Below, one piece after another: positions 19,191 to 29,178 of a stretch of 64,000 nt of DNA; within the stretch, counting starts at the first letter, position 1; each line of letters begins with the position of its first letter. A program made the translations under genes and the position numbers. The notes beneath the pieces are model-generated. The model did not search any database, was not told the origin of the DNA, and saw only the letters and a program-made list of their open reading frames with translations. This DNA is from Candidatus Binatia bacterium (GTDB taxonomy: Bacteria > Desulfobacterota > Binatia > HRBIN30), in NCBI GenBank assembly GCA_937925685.1, contig CALAMI010000017.1, forward strand, positions 1,106-65,105, written 5' to 3'.

Positions 19191-21887
19191 ATGACAATCG
19201 ATGCGCGGCGCTACGACACGGTTGCCGTTTTGCGCGACGGCACCTCAATCCGCATCCGGGCAATCCGCCCCGACGACAAGCAACGCTTGCTCGATCACTT
19301 CAACAGCTTGAGCGAACGCTCGGTGTACTTTCGCTTCTTCAGCGCCAAGAAGCGGCTAACCGACGAAGAACTGGTCCGTTTCACCGAGCCGGATTTCGTC
19401 ACGCACGTCGCTCTCGTGGCCACGTTGCTTCACCAGGGAACGGAGCGGATCATCGGTGTCGGACGTTACATCATTCCTCCGGGTGGCGATCCCCACCGCG
19501 CTGAAGTCGCCTTTGCGGTGGCCGATGCTTACCAAGGGCGTGGCATTGGCACGGTACTGCTCGAACACCTAGCCAACATTGCGCGCGAACTCGGCGTTAC
19601 TGAATTCGAGGCTAATGTGCTGGGAGAAAACAACCAGATGCTCGAAGTCTTCGCCCGTAGTGGGTTTCGTGTTGCCCGAACGGTGGAAGGAGGAATTGTT
19701 CACGTCTCCTTCCCCACAGCAGAAACGGTCGAGTACCGCACCGCCGCCGAGACTCGCGAGCGCTCTGCAGTGGCACAAAGCATACGGCCATTTTTTTACC
19801 CCCGCTCTGTAGCCGTAGTTGGTGCTTCGAACCGACCCCAGACGGTTGGCAACGCGCTCGTGAAAAATTTAAAAGAGGCGAACTTTCGGGGGCCAATCTA
19901 CCCGGTCAACCCCCGGCACCTCGAAGTCGAGGGGCTACGCGCCTATGCCAAAGTCAGCGAAATTGGCGCACCTGTAGATCTCGCCCTCATCGCGGTGCCG
20001 GCACCCGCAGTGGAGGACACTGTGGGTGACTGCGCTCATGCCGGAGTGAAAGCGATCGTCGTACTTTCTGCGGGATTTGGCGAAAGCGGGCCCAAGGGCC
20101 GCGAACTCGAGAGCCGCCTGAGGCAATTGGTCCGCAACTCCGGGATGCGTATGGTCGGCCCGAACTGCCTAGGCTTACTGAATACCGATCCGCAGGTTTC
20201 TCTCAACGCCACCTTCGCCCCGACGTTCCCGCCCCGTGGGAACATCAGCATGTTGTCTCAAAGTGGAGCCTTGGGTTTGGCCATTCTCGACACGGTGAGC
20301 ACGCTCGGTGTCGGCATTGCCACCTTCGTGTCCGTCGGCAACAAAGCCGATGTTTCCGGCAACGACCTCCTGTGTTACTGGTCGGAGGATCCCGCGACCC
20401 GCGTGATTTTGCTTTACTTGGAGAGCTTCGGGAACCCTCGCAAATTTGCCCGGATCGCGCCAATCGTTGCGCGGGAAAAGCCGATCATTGCGATGAAATC
20501 CGGCCGCTCCGCTGCGGGCACGCGCGCCGCTGCCTCTCACTCCGCAGCACTGGCGAGCTTGGATGTCGCTGTCGACGCTCTCTTCGAACAAGCCGGGGTC
20601 ATGCGAACGAACACCCTCGAAGAAATGTTCGACGTGGCGGCTCTCTTGTCTACGCAGCCTGCGCCTCCTGGGCCGCGTGTCGCCGTGGTCACCAACGCTG
20701 GTGGTCCAGGCATCTTGCTTGCCGATGCTTGCGAAGCCGAGGGACTCCAACTGCCGGAACTCACGGAAACCACTCGCGCGCAACTGCGGGAGTTTCTGCC
20801 TCCACAAGCCAGCGTCGCCAATCCCGTGGACATCATCGCCTCAGCCACACCGGAGCAATTCGAGCGCAGCTTGGAACTCGTGGGCAACGATCCCGGAATC
20901 GATGCCGTCGTTGCCATTTATATCCCCTTGTTTCTGACTCAGGTCGAGGAGACGGCAGCGGCAATTGCCCGCGCTGCCGGACGCATTCCAGGGCACAAGC
21001 CCGTGCTCAACGTCTTCCTTTCTTCCCGAGGCATCCCGGGTCGCTTAGCCCAAGGACCTCGCGGGCCATTACCATCTTTCCGGTTTCCAGAAGACGCTGC
21101 GCGCGCCCTCGCCAAAGCATGGCGTTACCGGCGCTGGCGCGAGCGACCCCAAGGACAAGAACTACATTTGGACCGGTTTGCAGAAAGCGCCATCCGCGCC
21201 GTCGTGGACCGAGTGCTGCGCGGCGCAACGGAACCGATCTGGGTCGACGAGCACGACACGGCATTCATCCTAAAAGCTGCGGGCATCCAAGTTGCCGCGG
21301 GGGAAACCGTAGCGTGCAAGGACGCCGTGGAGACCGCGGAACGTCTCGGGTACCCACTCGTCATGAAGGCGCAAATTCCGGGCCTGGTTCACAAAACCGA
21401 CGTCGGTGGGGTTGTTTTGAATTTGTTCGCCCCGCAACAGGTGGAAGCAGCTCTGCAAGAGATGCGCGAGCAACTGTCGCACCACGGCTACGAGCTCGAC
21501 CGGGTGCTATTGCAACGGCAAATCATGGGCGGGCACGAAGCTTTGGTCGGCGTGGTCACCGACCCGACCTTTGGCCCCTTGCTAGTGTGCGGCCTGGGGG
21601 GCGTGCTGGTGGAACTGCTGAGAGATGTGCGTTTTCGACTCACCCCGGTAACCGATGTCGATGCCCGGGAGATGGTCGAAAGCTTACGCACAGCCGCACT
21701 TTTAGACGGCTACCGAGGCATGCCCCGGGGAGACAAAGCGGCACTCGTGCAGCTCGTGCAACAGGTTTCCGCCTTGGTGGAAGTGATTCCCGAGTTGCGG
21801 GAACTCGACTTGAATCCCGTGAAGGTCCTTCAGCCAGGAGAAGGTGTTGTCGTGGTCGATGCGCGGATGCGACTAGCGCCAGGGTAA
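19191..21887 (+). CDS. Bifunctional GNAT acetyltransferase / ADP-forming acyl-CoA synthetase family protein (Pat-like, GNAT N-terminal)
   Basis: ATG at 19191 with AGGAGGG upstream. GNAT motif (RFF..., QGRGIGTVLL). CoA-binding domain (VAVVGASNRPQTVGN). Succinyl-CoA-synthetase-like flavodoxin and ATP-grasp regions through the C-terminus. Confidence 0.7.
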   Translation: MTIDARRYDTVAVLRDGTSIRIRAIRPDDKQRLLDHFNSLSERSVYFRFFSAKKRLTDEELVRFTEPDFVTHVALVATLLHQGTERIIGVGRYIIPPGGDPHRAEVAFAVADAYQGRGIGTVLLEHLANIARELGVTEFEANVLGENNQMLEVFARSGFRVARTVEGGIVHVSFPTAETVEYRTAAETRERSAVAQSIRPFFYPRSVAVVGASNRPQTVGNALVKNLKEANFRGPIYPVNPRHLEVEGLRAYAKVSEIGAPVDLALIAVPAPAVEDTVGDCAHAGVKAIVVLSAGFGESGPKGRELESRLRQLVRNSGMRMVGPNCLGLLNTDPQVSLNATFAPTFPPRGNISMLSQSGALGLAILDTVSTLGVGIATFVSVGNKADVSGNDLLCYWSEDPATRVILLYLESFGNPRKFARIAPIVAREKPIIAMKSGRSAAGTRAAASHSAALASLDVAVDALFEQAGVMRTNTLEEMFDVAALLSTQPAPPGPRVAVVTNAGGPGILLADACEAEGLQLPELTETTRAQLREFLPPQASVANPVDIIASATPEQFERSLELVGNDPGIDAVVAIYIPLFLTQVEETAAAIARAAGRIPGHKPVLNVFLSSRGIPGRLAQGPRGPLPSFRFPEDAARALAKAWRYRRWRERPQGQELHLDRFAESAIRAVVDRVLRGATEPIWVDEHDTAFILKAAGIQVAAGETVACKDAVETAERLGYPLVMKAQIPGLVHKTDVGGVVLNLFAPQQVEAALQEMREQLSHHGYELDRVLLQRQIMGGHEALVGVVTDPTFGPLLVCGLGGVLVELLRDVRFRLTPVTDVDAREMVESLRTAALLDGYRGMPRGDKAALVQLVQQVSALVEVIPELRELDLNPVKVLQPGEGVVVVDARMRLAPG

Positions 21888-21893
21888 CAGCCG

Positions 21894-24059
21894 CTAGCGT
21901 GGTTGCACTTCCACACGCAGGCCCGGGCTGGCATCCTCGACTTCCACAGCAACCGTGCGATTGGCGCGACGCAAGTGCAACGTGAGCTGCCCTCCGAGCA
22001 CCCCAAGATCGCGGATCCGCACCCATTCGAGAAATCGAGGCAGGATCGGGCGCCGCAGCACCACTGTAGAGCGGCTCGCATCCACCTCCACCCCTAAAGC
22101 CGAACCGAGAAGTGCCCATGGCACAGCGGCCGACCACGCCTGAGGCGAGCAGGCCACGGGATAGAGGGTCGGGCCAGCGTCACGCCGGCGGGTAAATCCG
22201 CAATAAAGCTCTGGCAACCGCCTGAGCTCCATGTGCACAGCAGCGTCGAACAAGGCCTGAAAAATTTCCAAAAACTCCTTCGCATCTCCGCGCCGCGCCA
22301 AGCCCATGGCAATCAAAGCATTGTCGTGTGGCCACACCGAGCCGTTGTGGTACGACATTGGGTTGTAGCGCGCCTCACCAGCAGCCACGGTACGAATGCC
22401 CCAACCAGAGAAGAAGCGGGGGGAGAGAAGCAGACTGCGCACCGCATCGGCTCGCTGTGGATGGCAAATTCCCGTCAGTAGCAGATGGCCGGCGTTTGAC
22501 GTTGCCACCGCACAGGGCCGCCCTTCACCGTCCAGAGCCAAGGCATAAGTGTTTCGTTCGGCAAGCCAAAACCGGGTCTCGAAGTGCTGCTGCAGAGCCG
22601 CTGCTTTTGCTTCTTGCAACCGCGCCAGCTCAGAGTCGCCGAGGGCGCGCGCAACCGTAGCAGCACCAAGCCGGGCCGCGTAAAGGTAGCCTTGGACTTC
22701 GCACAACGCGATGGGACCTCGCGCCAGCTCTCCGGAGGCATGAAAGACGGCGTCCTCGGAGTCTTTCCACCCTTGATTCCGCAAGCCACGCTGGGTCTCA
22801 CCCTCGTACCGCAAAAAACCGAGGGGATCCACTGCCGTGTCGAACCATTGAAGGGCGCGCTGGACATGCGGGTACAACTGACGAATGGTTGCCAAGTCAC
22901 CCGTGCGACGGAAATATTCGGCTGTCAACCACACGAACAAGGGAGTCGCATCCGCACTCCCGTAATATGCCCCAAAGGGAATTTCTCCCGTGTGCGCCAT
23001 CTCACCCTGGCGCATCTCGTGCAGCACTTTGCCCGGCTCGGCGGCACGCGACGGGTCGGCCCCTTCAGCCTGGTGTGCTGCGAGAAAGCGCAGCACTCCC
23101 CGCGCGTACTCGGGGTTGGCCCACAAGACCTGCAAGGCGGTGATGAGACCGTCGCGCCCGAACACGGTGGAAAACCAAGGGATGCCGGCATAAGGATAGG
23201 GTCCGTGGGGGGTATCCGTCGCCAACATCACCAGGTCCGCGGTGGACCGGCACAGCCACTCGTTGAACAGCTCGTCACCGGTTGTCACTGCGGGAAAACG
23301 CTGGCTCGAGACGATGCGCGCGCGCTGAGCGCGTCGCAAACCAACCGCCACGTCGAGGTCCGGCTTGTCATCACTCTCCTGATAGCCGCAGCGAACCGTC
23401 ATTTTCACCCGGGCACGTCGACCAGGTTCCAAGACAAAGACGAAGCGTGCGTGGTCATGGCCAAGCTCGGCTGGCGCCGGGGCAAAGTCGATCCGTGTAA
23501 ACCTGCGGATGCGATCCAACCCCTTGTACCGGAGCCACACCCGGCACGGGCCCTCCACGCTTTGCTCCATCTCCCCCCGTCTTCCGCGGCGCAAGCCGCG
23601 AACTTCGAAAATGTCGTGGAAATCCGCTTTAAACTCGAAGTCCATGACGAGCTGCAACGGCCGATCGCTAAAATTGCGGAGCGTGAGGATTTCGTAAACG
23701 GCATTCTCCCAAAGGAACTTCATCCGGCTCAGGTGCACGGAGTCGCGAGGGAGCACAAGGGCCCCGTCCTCCCAGTAATCGGGATTGGTCAGGTCGACGT
23801 TGAGGCGAGCGTTGTTGCGTTGAACGTGCGAACTCAGCAAGAGCGGGCTGCGCCCGTCCAAGCGCAAGCGCAAAAAACTCAAGTGCCGGGTGTCGCGATG
23901 ATACACTCCTTCGACAGCTCGAGGCTCACCGGGCAAGTCGCCCAAGAGATCGAAGACGGCAAACGTGTCCCCATGTTTCAGGATGCGGCTTCGCTCAACA
24001 CCCGAACCAAGCGCGGGGATGTAGAACGTCGGCCCCGTGCTTTCTGTCCCTGAACTCAT
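21894..24059 (-). CDS. Amylo-alpha-1,6-glucosidase family protein (glycogen-debranching-enzyme N-terminal-like + (alpha/alpha)6 catalytic domain)
   Basis: About 720 aa. N-terminal FAVFDLLGD..GVYHRDTRHLS (GDE_N_bis-like). C-terminal (alpha/alpha)6-barrel-like region with WFSTVFGRDG. ATG at 24059 overlaps the TGA of the upstream GT4 gene (ATGA). Confidence 0.65.
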   Translation of the reverse strand: MSSGTESTGPTFYIPALGSGVERSRILKHGDTFAVFDLLGDLPGEPRAVEGVYHRDTRHLSFLRLRLDGRSPLLLSSHVQRNNARLNVDLTNPDYWEDGALVLPRDSVHLSRMKFLWENAVYEILTLRNFSDRPLQLVMDFEFKADFHDIFEVRGLRRGRRGEMEQSVEGPCRVWLRYKGLDRIRRFTRIDFAPAPAELGHDHARFVFVLEPGRRARVKMTVRCGYQESDDKPDLDVAVGLRRAQRARIVSSQRFPAVTTGDELFNEWLCRSTADLVMLATDTPHGPYPYAGIPWFSTVFGRDGLITALQVLWANPEYARGVLRFLAAHQAEGADPSRAAEPGKVLHEMRQGEMAHTGEIPFGAYYGSADATPLFVWLTAEYFRRTGDLATIRQLYPHVQRALQWFDTAVDPLGFLRYEGETQRGLRNQGWKDSEDAVFHASGELARGPIALCEVQGYLYAARLGAATVARALGDSELARLQEAKAAALQQHFETRFWLAERNTYALALDGEGRPCAVATSNAGHLLLTGICHPQRADAVRSLLLSPRFFSGWGIRTVAAGEARYNPMSYHNGSVWPHDNALIAMGLARRGDAKEFLEIFQALFDAAVHMELRRLPELYCGFTRRRDAGPTLYPVACSPQAWSAAVPWALLGSALGVEVDASRSTVVLRRPILPRFLEWVRIRDLGVLGGQLTLHLRRANRTVAVEVEDASPGLRVEVQPR

Positions 24060-25111
24060 GCTGCCTGATCCAGTTTGCCGTTTTGCTCCTGATGCAGCAG
24101 GCATTGATAAAGCGCCACGTAATCCTGGGCCATGCGCTCCGCCGTGAAACGCCTCTCGAATACGCGGCGGATCTCTCCGCGGTCGAGCTCGCCCAGCCGC
24201 TCCACGGCTCGTACGGCGTCGCCCTCATGATCGACGATGAAGCCGGTCACTCCGTGCTCCAAAACCTCAGGAACCGACCCCCGACGAAATGCAATCACGG
24301 GGGTGCCGCAGGCCATCGCTTCGATCATCACGAGACCAAAGGGCTCGGGCCAATCGACAGGGAACAGCAGTGCCGTGGCGCCGCCCAGGAATTCCGACTT
24401 CTCCGCTTCGGTGATCTCACCGAGAAACTCCACACCGGGCTGGCGCAGCATGGGGCGAACCACCGTGTCGTAATACGCCTGATCTGCCCGATCGACCTTT
24501 GCCGCAATCTTGAGCGGTAAGCCAACTCTGCGGGCAATCCGGATGGCTCGCTCTGGCCCTTTTTCCGGTGAAATGCGGCCGAGAAATGCAAGATACCCGC
24601 CGCTCTTCGGGTGGAAACGCAGGAGGTCCCTCGGCAGTCCGTGCTGCACGGTCGCCACCCAGCGCATCCAGGGTAAGGGCACCCTCTGGGCGTCGGAAAT
24701 GGAGACCACCGGCATATCAGAGAATTCTCGCGCAAAGGGAAGCAAATCGGGCAAATCCAAGCGGCCGTGCAACGTAGTCAGCGTCCGCTCCTTCCAGGGT
24801 CGAAATACGGGAAAATGCAAGAGATCGACGTGAAAGTGCAGCACGTCGAATTCGTCCGCCATTTGCCGTACTCGCTCGACTAACAACAGGGTGTGCGGTA
24901 GCGGATCCCGTACCGAGGCGTCGAGTCGCAGCGCCCGGGCACAAGTCGAGACCAAGCGGGCACGGGTACGGGAGTCGCCGCTTGCAAACAACGTTACCTC
25001 ATGACCCATGTCTACTAAGGCTTCGGTCAGGTAGGAAACCACCCGCTCCGTCCCACCATACAGTTTCGGTGGAACGCTTTCGATCAGTGGAGCAACTTGG
25101 GCAATCCGCAT
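24056..25111 (-). CDS. Family 4 (GT-B) glycosyltransferase
   Basis: MRIAQVAPLIESVPPKLYGGTERVV N-terminus. E-x7-E region (FPVDWPEPFGLVMIEAMACGTPVIA). Stop overlaps the downstream glucosidase start. Confidence 0.7.
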   Translation of the reverse strand: MRIAQVAPLIESVPPKLYGGTERVVSYLTEALVDMGHEVTLFASGDSRTRARLVSTCARALRLDASVRDPLPHTLLLVERVRQMADEFDVLHFHVDLLHFPVFRPWKERTLTTLHGRLDLPDLLPFAREFSDMPVVSISDAQRVPLPWMRWVATVQHGLPRDLLRFHPKSGGYLAFLGRISPEKGPERAIRIARRVGLPLKIAAKVDRADQAYYDTVVRPMLRQPGVEFLGEITEAEKSEFLGGATALLFPVDWPEPFGLVMIEAMACGTPVIAFRRGSVPEVLEHGVTGFIVDHEGDAVRAVERLGELDRGEIRRVFERRFTAERMAQDYVALYQCLLHQEQNGKLDQAA

Positions 25112-25369
25112 GATTCCTCCTTTCCCTTTTTGGAACCGTTCTGGAAAAAGGCCGTTTGGCCCGAAGAAACCAACGGATGACAACCCGGCTTCATCCCCGC
25201 GAAGCCAGCGTCCTTTAGTAACCACGGCCAGCGCTGAGTGCCAGTCAGTACGAAAAGCCCTTGGGGAAAAGCCGCTGGGGATGAGCCGTTCGACTCGGAG
25301 AAATTTCGCTTCGTTGTTGACGTGCGCATGAATCTGGAGTAGCCAAGAGGGGCTAGTTCATCTTCATCG

Positions 25370-26137
25370 TTGCCAACCGGAGGAGGTCAAACGATGGGTA
25401 AACGTTCGCTCCGGCGGCCGCTCGAGCTTCCTGCGTCGGTTCGGCGAGAGCTGGAGTGGCTGGCACAAAACGGGCCTGAGGCGGTGGCGCGTAACGCCCA
25501 GATTGTTTTGGCTCGGGCAAGGGGAATGCCGTTGAAGGCAGTTGCGCTGCAGCTCGGTGTGCACCCTAACACCGTGCGCAACCGCTTGCTTCGATTTTGT
25601 GAGCATGGAGTCGCGGGGCTAACCCATGCAGCCACAGGCAGCACCCGACCCATCGTCTTCAGCGAAGAGGTGCGCAGTCAAATCGTTCGCATCGCACAAA
25701 CAGCGCCCACTTCCCTCGGGCTTCGGCATCCACGCTGGTCTTTACGTCGATTGCGCGCGTACTTATACGACGCCGGCATTGTGGAGGATGTCAGTGTCGA
25801 GGGGCTTCGGCAAATCTTGCGTGGCCACGACCTGCCTCAGCGCTACTGGCGCCGGGGCCGCGAACTGCGCATTCGCCTGACCCCGGCAATGGAACGCTTG
25901 CTCGCGACGTGGGCAAACGGTCCGAACCCTGGTCGGCGGCTTCTCGCCCAGGTCTTGCTGGCGGCATCCCAGGGCAAGGAAGAGGAAGACATTGCGGCAA
26001 CCCTGGGGATTAACCTCGACCAGGTAGAATCATGGATTCGCGGCTTCCAGCGTCGCGGGTTGCAGGTAGTTCATCGGGCGGTGAGTCGCGCCAAGCACTT
26101 CGTGGGGGCAAAACTCAGCCGAAGCTCCGCCGGCTGA
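25370..26137 (+). CDS. Helix-turn-helix protein resembling the N-terminal DNA-binding half of IS630/Tc1-family transposases; no DDE domain
   Basis: Two HTH segments (AQIVLARARGMPLKAVALQLGVHPNTVRNRLLRF; IAATLGINLDQVESWIRGF) and a winged-helix segment (RWSLRRLRAYL), arranged as in an IS630 transposase N-terminus. No DDE_3 catalytic region and no obvious TIRs. Confidence 0.5.
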   Translation: MPTGGGQTMGKRSLRRPLELPASVRRELEWLAQNGPEAVARNAQIVLARARGMPLKAVALQLGVHPNTVRNRLLRFCEHGVAGLTHAATGSTRPIVFSEEVRSQIVRIAQTAPTSLGLRHPRWSLRRLRAYLYDAGIVEDVSVEGLRQILRGHDLPQRYWRRGRELRIRLTPAMERLLATWANGPNPGRRLLAQVLLAASQGKEEEDIAATLGINLDQVESWIRGFQRRGLQVVHRAVSRAKHFVGAKLSRSSAG

Positions 26138-26306
26138 AGCGCCGCGAAACCGTCTCTCCGCTGGCACCGGATGGCTCTACGAGTGCGCGTGTGGACCCCT
26201 GGCGACTGCACTCTGCGACGGTCACGGACGGTTCACAGCGCTATTGCGATCGACGACGGCTTGTCGCCGCTCTAGCAGCCTCCGCGGTGACTGGGGCTAG
26301 GCGCCG

Positions 26307-26777
26307 CTAACCCAGCGCTGCAATGACTTCTGGAGGGGCTTGCACAAGCTCGATCAGAACTCCCTCCCCGCTTAAAGGAAATTCTTCGTTCCCTTTGGGG
26401 TGAATGAAGCACACGTCGTAACCAGCGGCACCTTTGCGAATGCCTCCCGGGGCAAACCGCACTCCTTGCTGGGTGAGCCAGGCAACGGCAGCGTGAAGAT
26501 CGTCTACCCACAAGCCAATGTGATTCAAAGGCGGCTCGTGAACCTTTGGTTTCTTTTCCGGATCGAGCGGCTGCATCAAGTCCACTTCCACCCGCAGGGG
26601 GCCTTGGCCGAGAGCACAAATGTCTTCATCCACGTTTTCCGTTTCGCTGCGAAAGGTTCCAGTAACCGACAAACCCAAGGCATCGACCCATAGGCGCCGA
26701 AGACGGTTTTTGTCGATATTGCCAACCGCAATTTGCTGGATCCCCAGGACACGAAATGGCCGCTGCTGCATCGGCAC
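26307..26777 (-). CDS. VOC (glyoxalase/bleomycin-resistance/dioxygenase) family protein
   Basis: 156 aa, two beta-alpha-beta-beta-beta modules with H/E metal ligands (HIGLWVDD.., ELVQ). Confidence 0.6.
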   Translation of the reverse strand: MPMQQRPFRVLGIQQIAVGNIDKNRLRRLWVDALGLSVTGTFRSETENVDEDICALGQGPLRVEVDLMQPLDPEKKPKVHEPPLNHIGLWVDDLHAAVAWLTQQGVRFAPGGIRKGAAGYDVCFIHPKGNEEFPLSGEGVLIELVQAPPEVIAALG

Positions 26778-27098
26778 CTCCTACCAAGAACTTGCGCTCA
26801 TCGACGGCAGACGCAATCGCAGATCGCCTGGAGAAGTCAAGCGGCGCGATCCCCGTGGGCAGCGTGAGCCGTTGCCGCCTGAAAGCAGGCAACACGAAGG
26901 ATTGTGGTTGCCATGAAACCAAAAATCTTCGCATAGCCCAGCGTTTCAACTGCATCCGGCCCAACGCCTCGTTTCCTCAGCACCCCCGGGCCTAGCCAAT
27001 CGTTTTACCATTCTCGGGTGTCCCTGGTCACAATCGTCTTCCGCGCGGCCTAGCCGGTTGAAGCGCAACCGTACCCGAACTATGGCATCCGCTCCGGT

Positions 27099-27497
27099 AT
27101 GGAAGAGAGCTACGGTTCGGAAGCGTGCACCCGCGGCTTTCGCGTACGCGTGCGGTCGCGGTTTTTACCCGAGCATTCTTGTCCAGAGCAGGGCCGGTGG
27201 TTCTTTGCTTACCACGTCACCATCATCAACGAGAGCGACATAGCTGCCCAACTCCTCAGCCGGCATTGGATTGTCACCGATGCGCAGGGGGAAGTGCAAG
27301 AAGTCCGCGGGCTCGGCGTAGTGGGCGAACAACCTCTCCTGCGCCCAGGGGAGGAATTTTCTTACACCTCGGGTTGTCCTTTGCCTACTCCGGTCGGCAG
27401 CATGCATGGCTCCTATCGCATGATTGCGGAAAATGGCGAAGCCTTCGACATCCGCATCGCCCCCTTCACTCTTGCGGTTCCTGGGTTACTACAGTAG
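27099..27497 (+). CDS. apaG: ApaG (DUF525) protein
   Basis: FAYHVTIINES, SRHWIVTDAQGEVQEVRGLGVVGEQPLLRPGEEFSYTSGCPLPTPVGSMHGSY, all diagnostic for ApaG. Confidence 0.8.
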   Translation: MEESYGSEACTRGFRVRVRSRFLPEHSCPEQGRWFFAYHVTIINESDIAAQLLSRHWIVTDAQGEVQEVRGLGVVGEQPLLRPGEEFSYTSGCPLPTPVGSMHGSYRMIAENGEAFDIRIAPFTLAVPGLLQ

Positions 27498-27529
27498 GCC
27501 GCTCGCCACGCCCTAAGGCCGCCGTTGCC

Positions 27530-28525
27530 GTGTTCTTCCGTCGAAATTGGCTTGTCCCTTACCCCCATCCACTTACAGCGCTCGAGGAGCTCGTGCTCTA
27601 CGGAAGTCGCTTCGGCGATCTCTGTCACACAGAGATCATCGGCACCTCCACCTGCGGCCGCGAGCTCGTCGCTTTTCATCTTTCGAGCGATCCGGCCCAT
27701 GGATCTCACCCGCGTCTCCTTGTTACAGCCCAAATTCACGCAGCGGAGTACGTTGCTGGCTATGTAGCCCGCGCCCTTTTACGTACCCTGTTGCGCGAGT
27801 ACGGTAGCGACCCCACGGTGTCCGCTCTGCTGCGGCAGGCGCGTGTCACCATTGTCCCCTTGCTGAACCCCGATGGCGCACACTTGGTGTGGCAACACCG
27901 TGGCTGGGTGGGGTTCAAAGGTAGCCGTGTAACGGCCAACGGCGTCGACCCCAATCGGAATTTTCCCTTCGTGCCCATACCCGGGCGCCGGGCCTGGAAC
28001 TCCGGTAGCGGCTGGCGGTGGTCGCCGTACTATCGTGGCCCTCAGCCTTTGAGCGAGCCGGAGTGTCTTGCCCTCGCGCAGCTCTGCAAGCGCGAGCGTT
28101 TTTGCGCTGCCGTGCACTTTCACAGCTTTGGAGGTGTTGTGTTTTTTCCCGCTCGCTCGCATCCGCAAAGCGCGCCCGTTTTTGACGTTTTCCGCAGCGT
28201 GTTTCCCGCTGCGCAACGTCACTGCCGCTACCGCCCAGTGCCGGAGCCTGCGTCGGCCCTGGCAGGGCAACTCGACTTGTTTTTGCTGCACGCATTCGGC
28301 ACTCCGAGTGCCACCGTGGAAGTGAGTCGGCCGAGCCTTGCCCTGGCCAGACGGCCTCTCCGGTGGCTGCACTTCTTTTCCTGGGCCAATCCCTCCAATC
28401 CCGATCGCTGGGTAGAAAACGACGTACCAGCCACCGTTTGCGCGCTGTTAGCATTGCTCGAACGCACTGGTGGCCGGCCCCTGCCAGCAGAGCACCCAGA
28501 ACTGGCTGAACAAGTGCCGGAATGA
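27530..28525 (+). CDS. M14-family zinc carboxypeptidase
   Basis: Zn ligands QIHAAEY (HxxE). VDPNRNF motif. FHSFGG (third His). No in-frame ATG after the apaG stop, so start is probably GTG 27530 (or 27593). The ORF track version extends upstream over apaG as a shadow frame. Confidence 0.65.
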   Translation: MFFRRNWLVPYPHPLTALEELVLYGSRFGDLCHTEIIGTSTCGRELVAFHLSSDPAHGSHPRLLVTAQIHAAEYVAGYVARALLRTLLREYGSDPTVSALLRQARVTIVPLLNPDGAHLVWQHRGWVGFKGSRVTANGVDPNRNFPFVPIPGRRAWNSGSGWRWSPYYRGPQPLSEPECLALAQLCKRERFCAAVHFHSFGGVVFFPARSHPQSAPVFDVFRSVFPAAQRHCRYRPVPEPASALAGQLDLFLLHAFGTPSATVEVSRPSLALARRPLRWLHFFSWANPSNPDRWVENDVPATVCALLALLERTGGRPLPAEHPELAEQVPE

Positions 28526-28569
28526 CGAGCCTTGCATCCGCACGCCAGATTTTCTTAACCGCCGCTCGT

Positions 28570-29178
28570 ATGATAGCGTGCCTCGACCTGGAAGGGGTGC
28601 TGGTCCCAGAAATTTGGATCAATGTTGCCGAGCGCACGGGAATTGTCGAACTCAGGCGGACAACACGCGACGAGCCCGATTACGACAAGCTGATGCGCCG
28701 CCGCTTGGAAATCCTCGAGCGGCACGGCCTCACGCTCGCGGACATTCAGGACGTGATCGGAACGATGGGGCCACTGGAGGGAGCCACCGAGTTCCTGCAC
28801 TGGCTGCGTACACAGTTTCCCGTGATCATTTTGTCCGATACGTTCGACGAATTCGCTCGTCCTTTGCTCGCGCAGCTCGGTTATCCCACCTTATTTTGCA
28901 ACTCCCTGGTCGTAGACGACCGAGGAAAAGTGCGCGACTATCACATCCGTATTCGCGACGGCAAACGCAAGGCGGTTATGGCTCTCAAGCTCCTGAATTT
29001 TGACGTCGTCGCAGCCGGCGACTCCTACAACGACATCACCATGCTGACCGAGGCCGACCACGGGATCTTGTTCCGGCCACCGGAGAAGATCGTCCGAGAG
29101 TTTCCGCAGTTCCGCGTTGCCTACACGTACGAGGAACTGAAAGAAGCGTTTGTCAGAGTGGCAAAGCTGCGCGGCTAA
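28570..29178 (+). CDS. thrH: Phosphoserine phosphatase / homoserine phosphotransferase bifunctional protein ThrH (HAD family)
   Basis: [17 protein letters not shown]...[12 protein letters not shown]...ILSDTF.EF..P...[10 protein letters not shown]...[12 protein letters not shown] is near-colinear with Pseudomonas ThrH. An alternative ATG at 28522 would overlap the M14 stop (ATGA). Confidence 0.8.
   Translation: MIACLDLEGVLVPEIWINVAERTGIVELRRTTRDEPDYDKLMRRRLEILERHGLTLADIQDVIGTMGPLEGATEFLHWLRTQFPVIILSDTFDEFARPLLAQLGYPTLFCNSLVVDDRGKVRDYHIRIRDGKRKAVMALKLLNFDVVAAGDSYNDITMLTEADHGILFRPPEKIVREFPQFRVAYTYEELKEAFVRVAKLRG

Noticed and set aside
27125-27530. ORF-track start of the M14 peptidase at 27125, overlapping apaG
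   Set aside because: The upstream 135 codons lie in a different frame across the conserved ApaG domain and are low-complexity. The peptidase homology begins only after the apaG stop.
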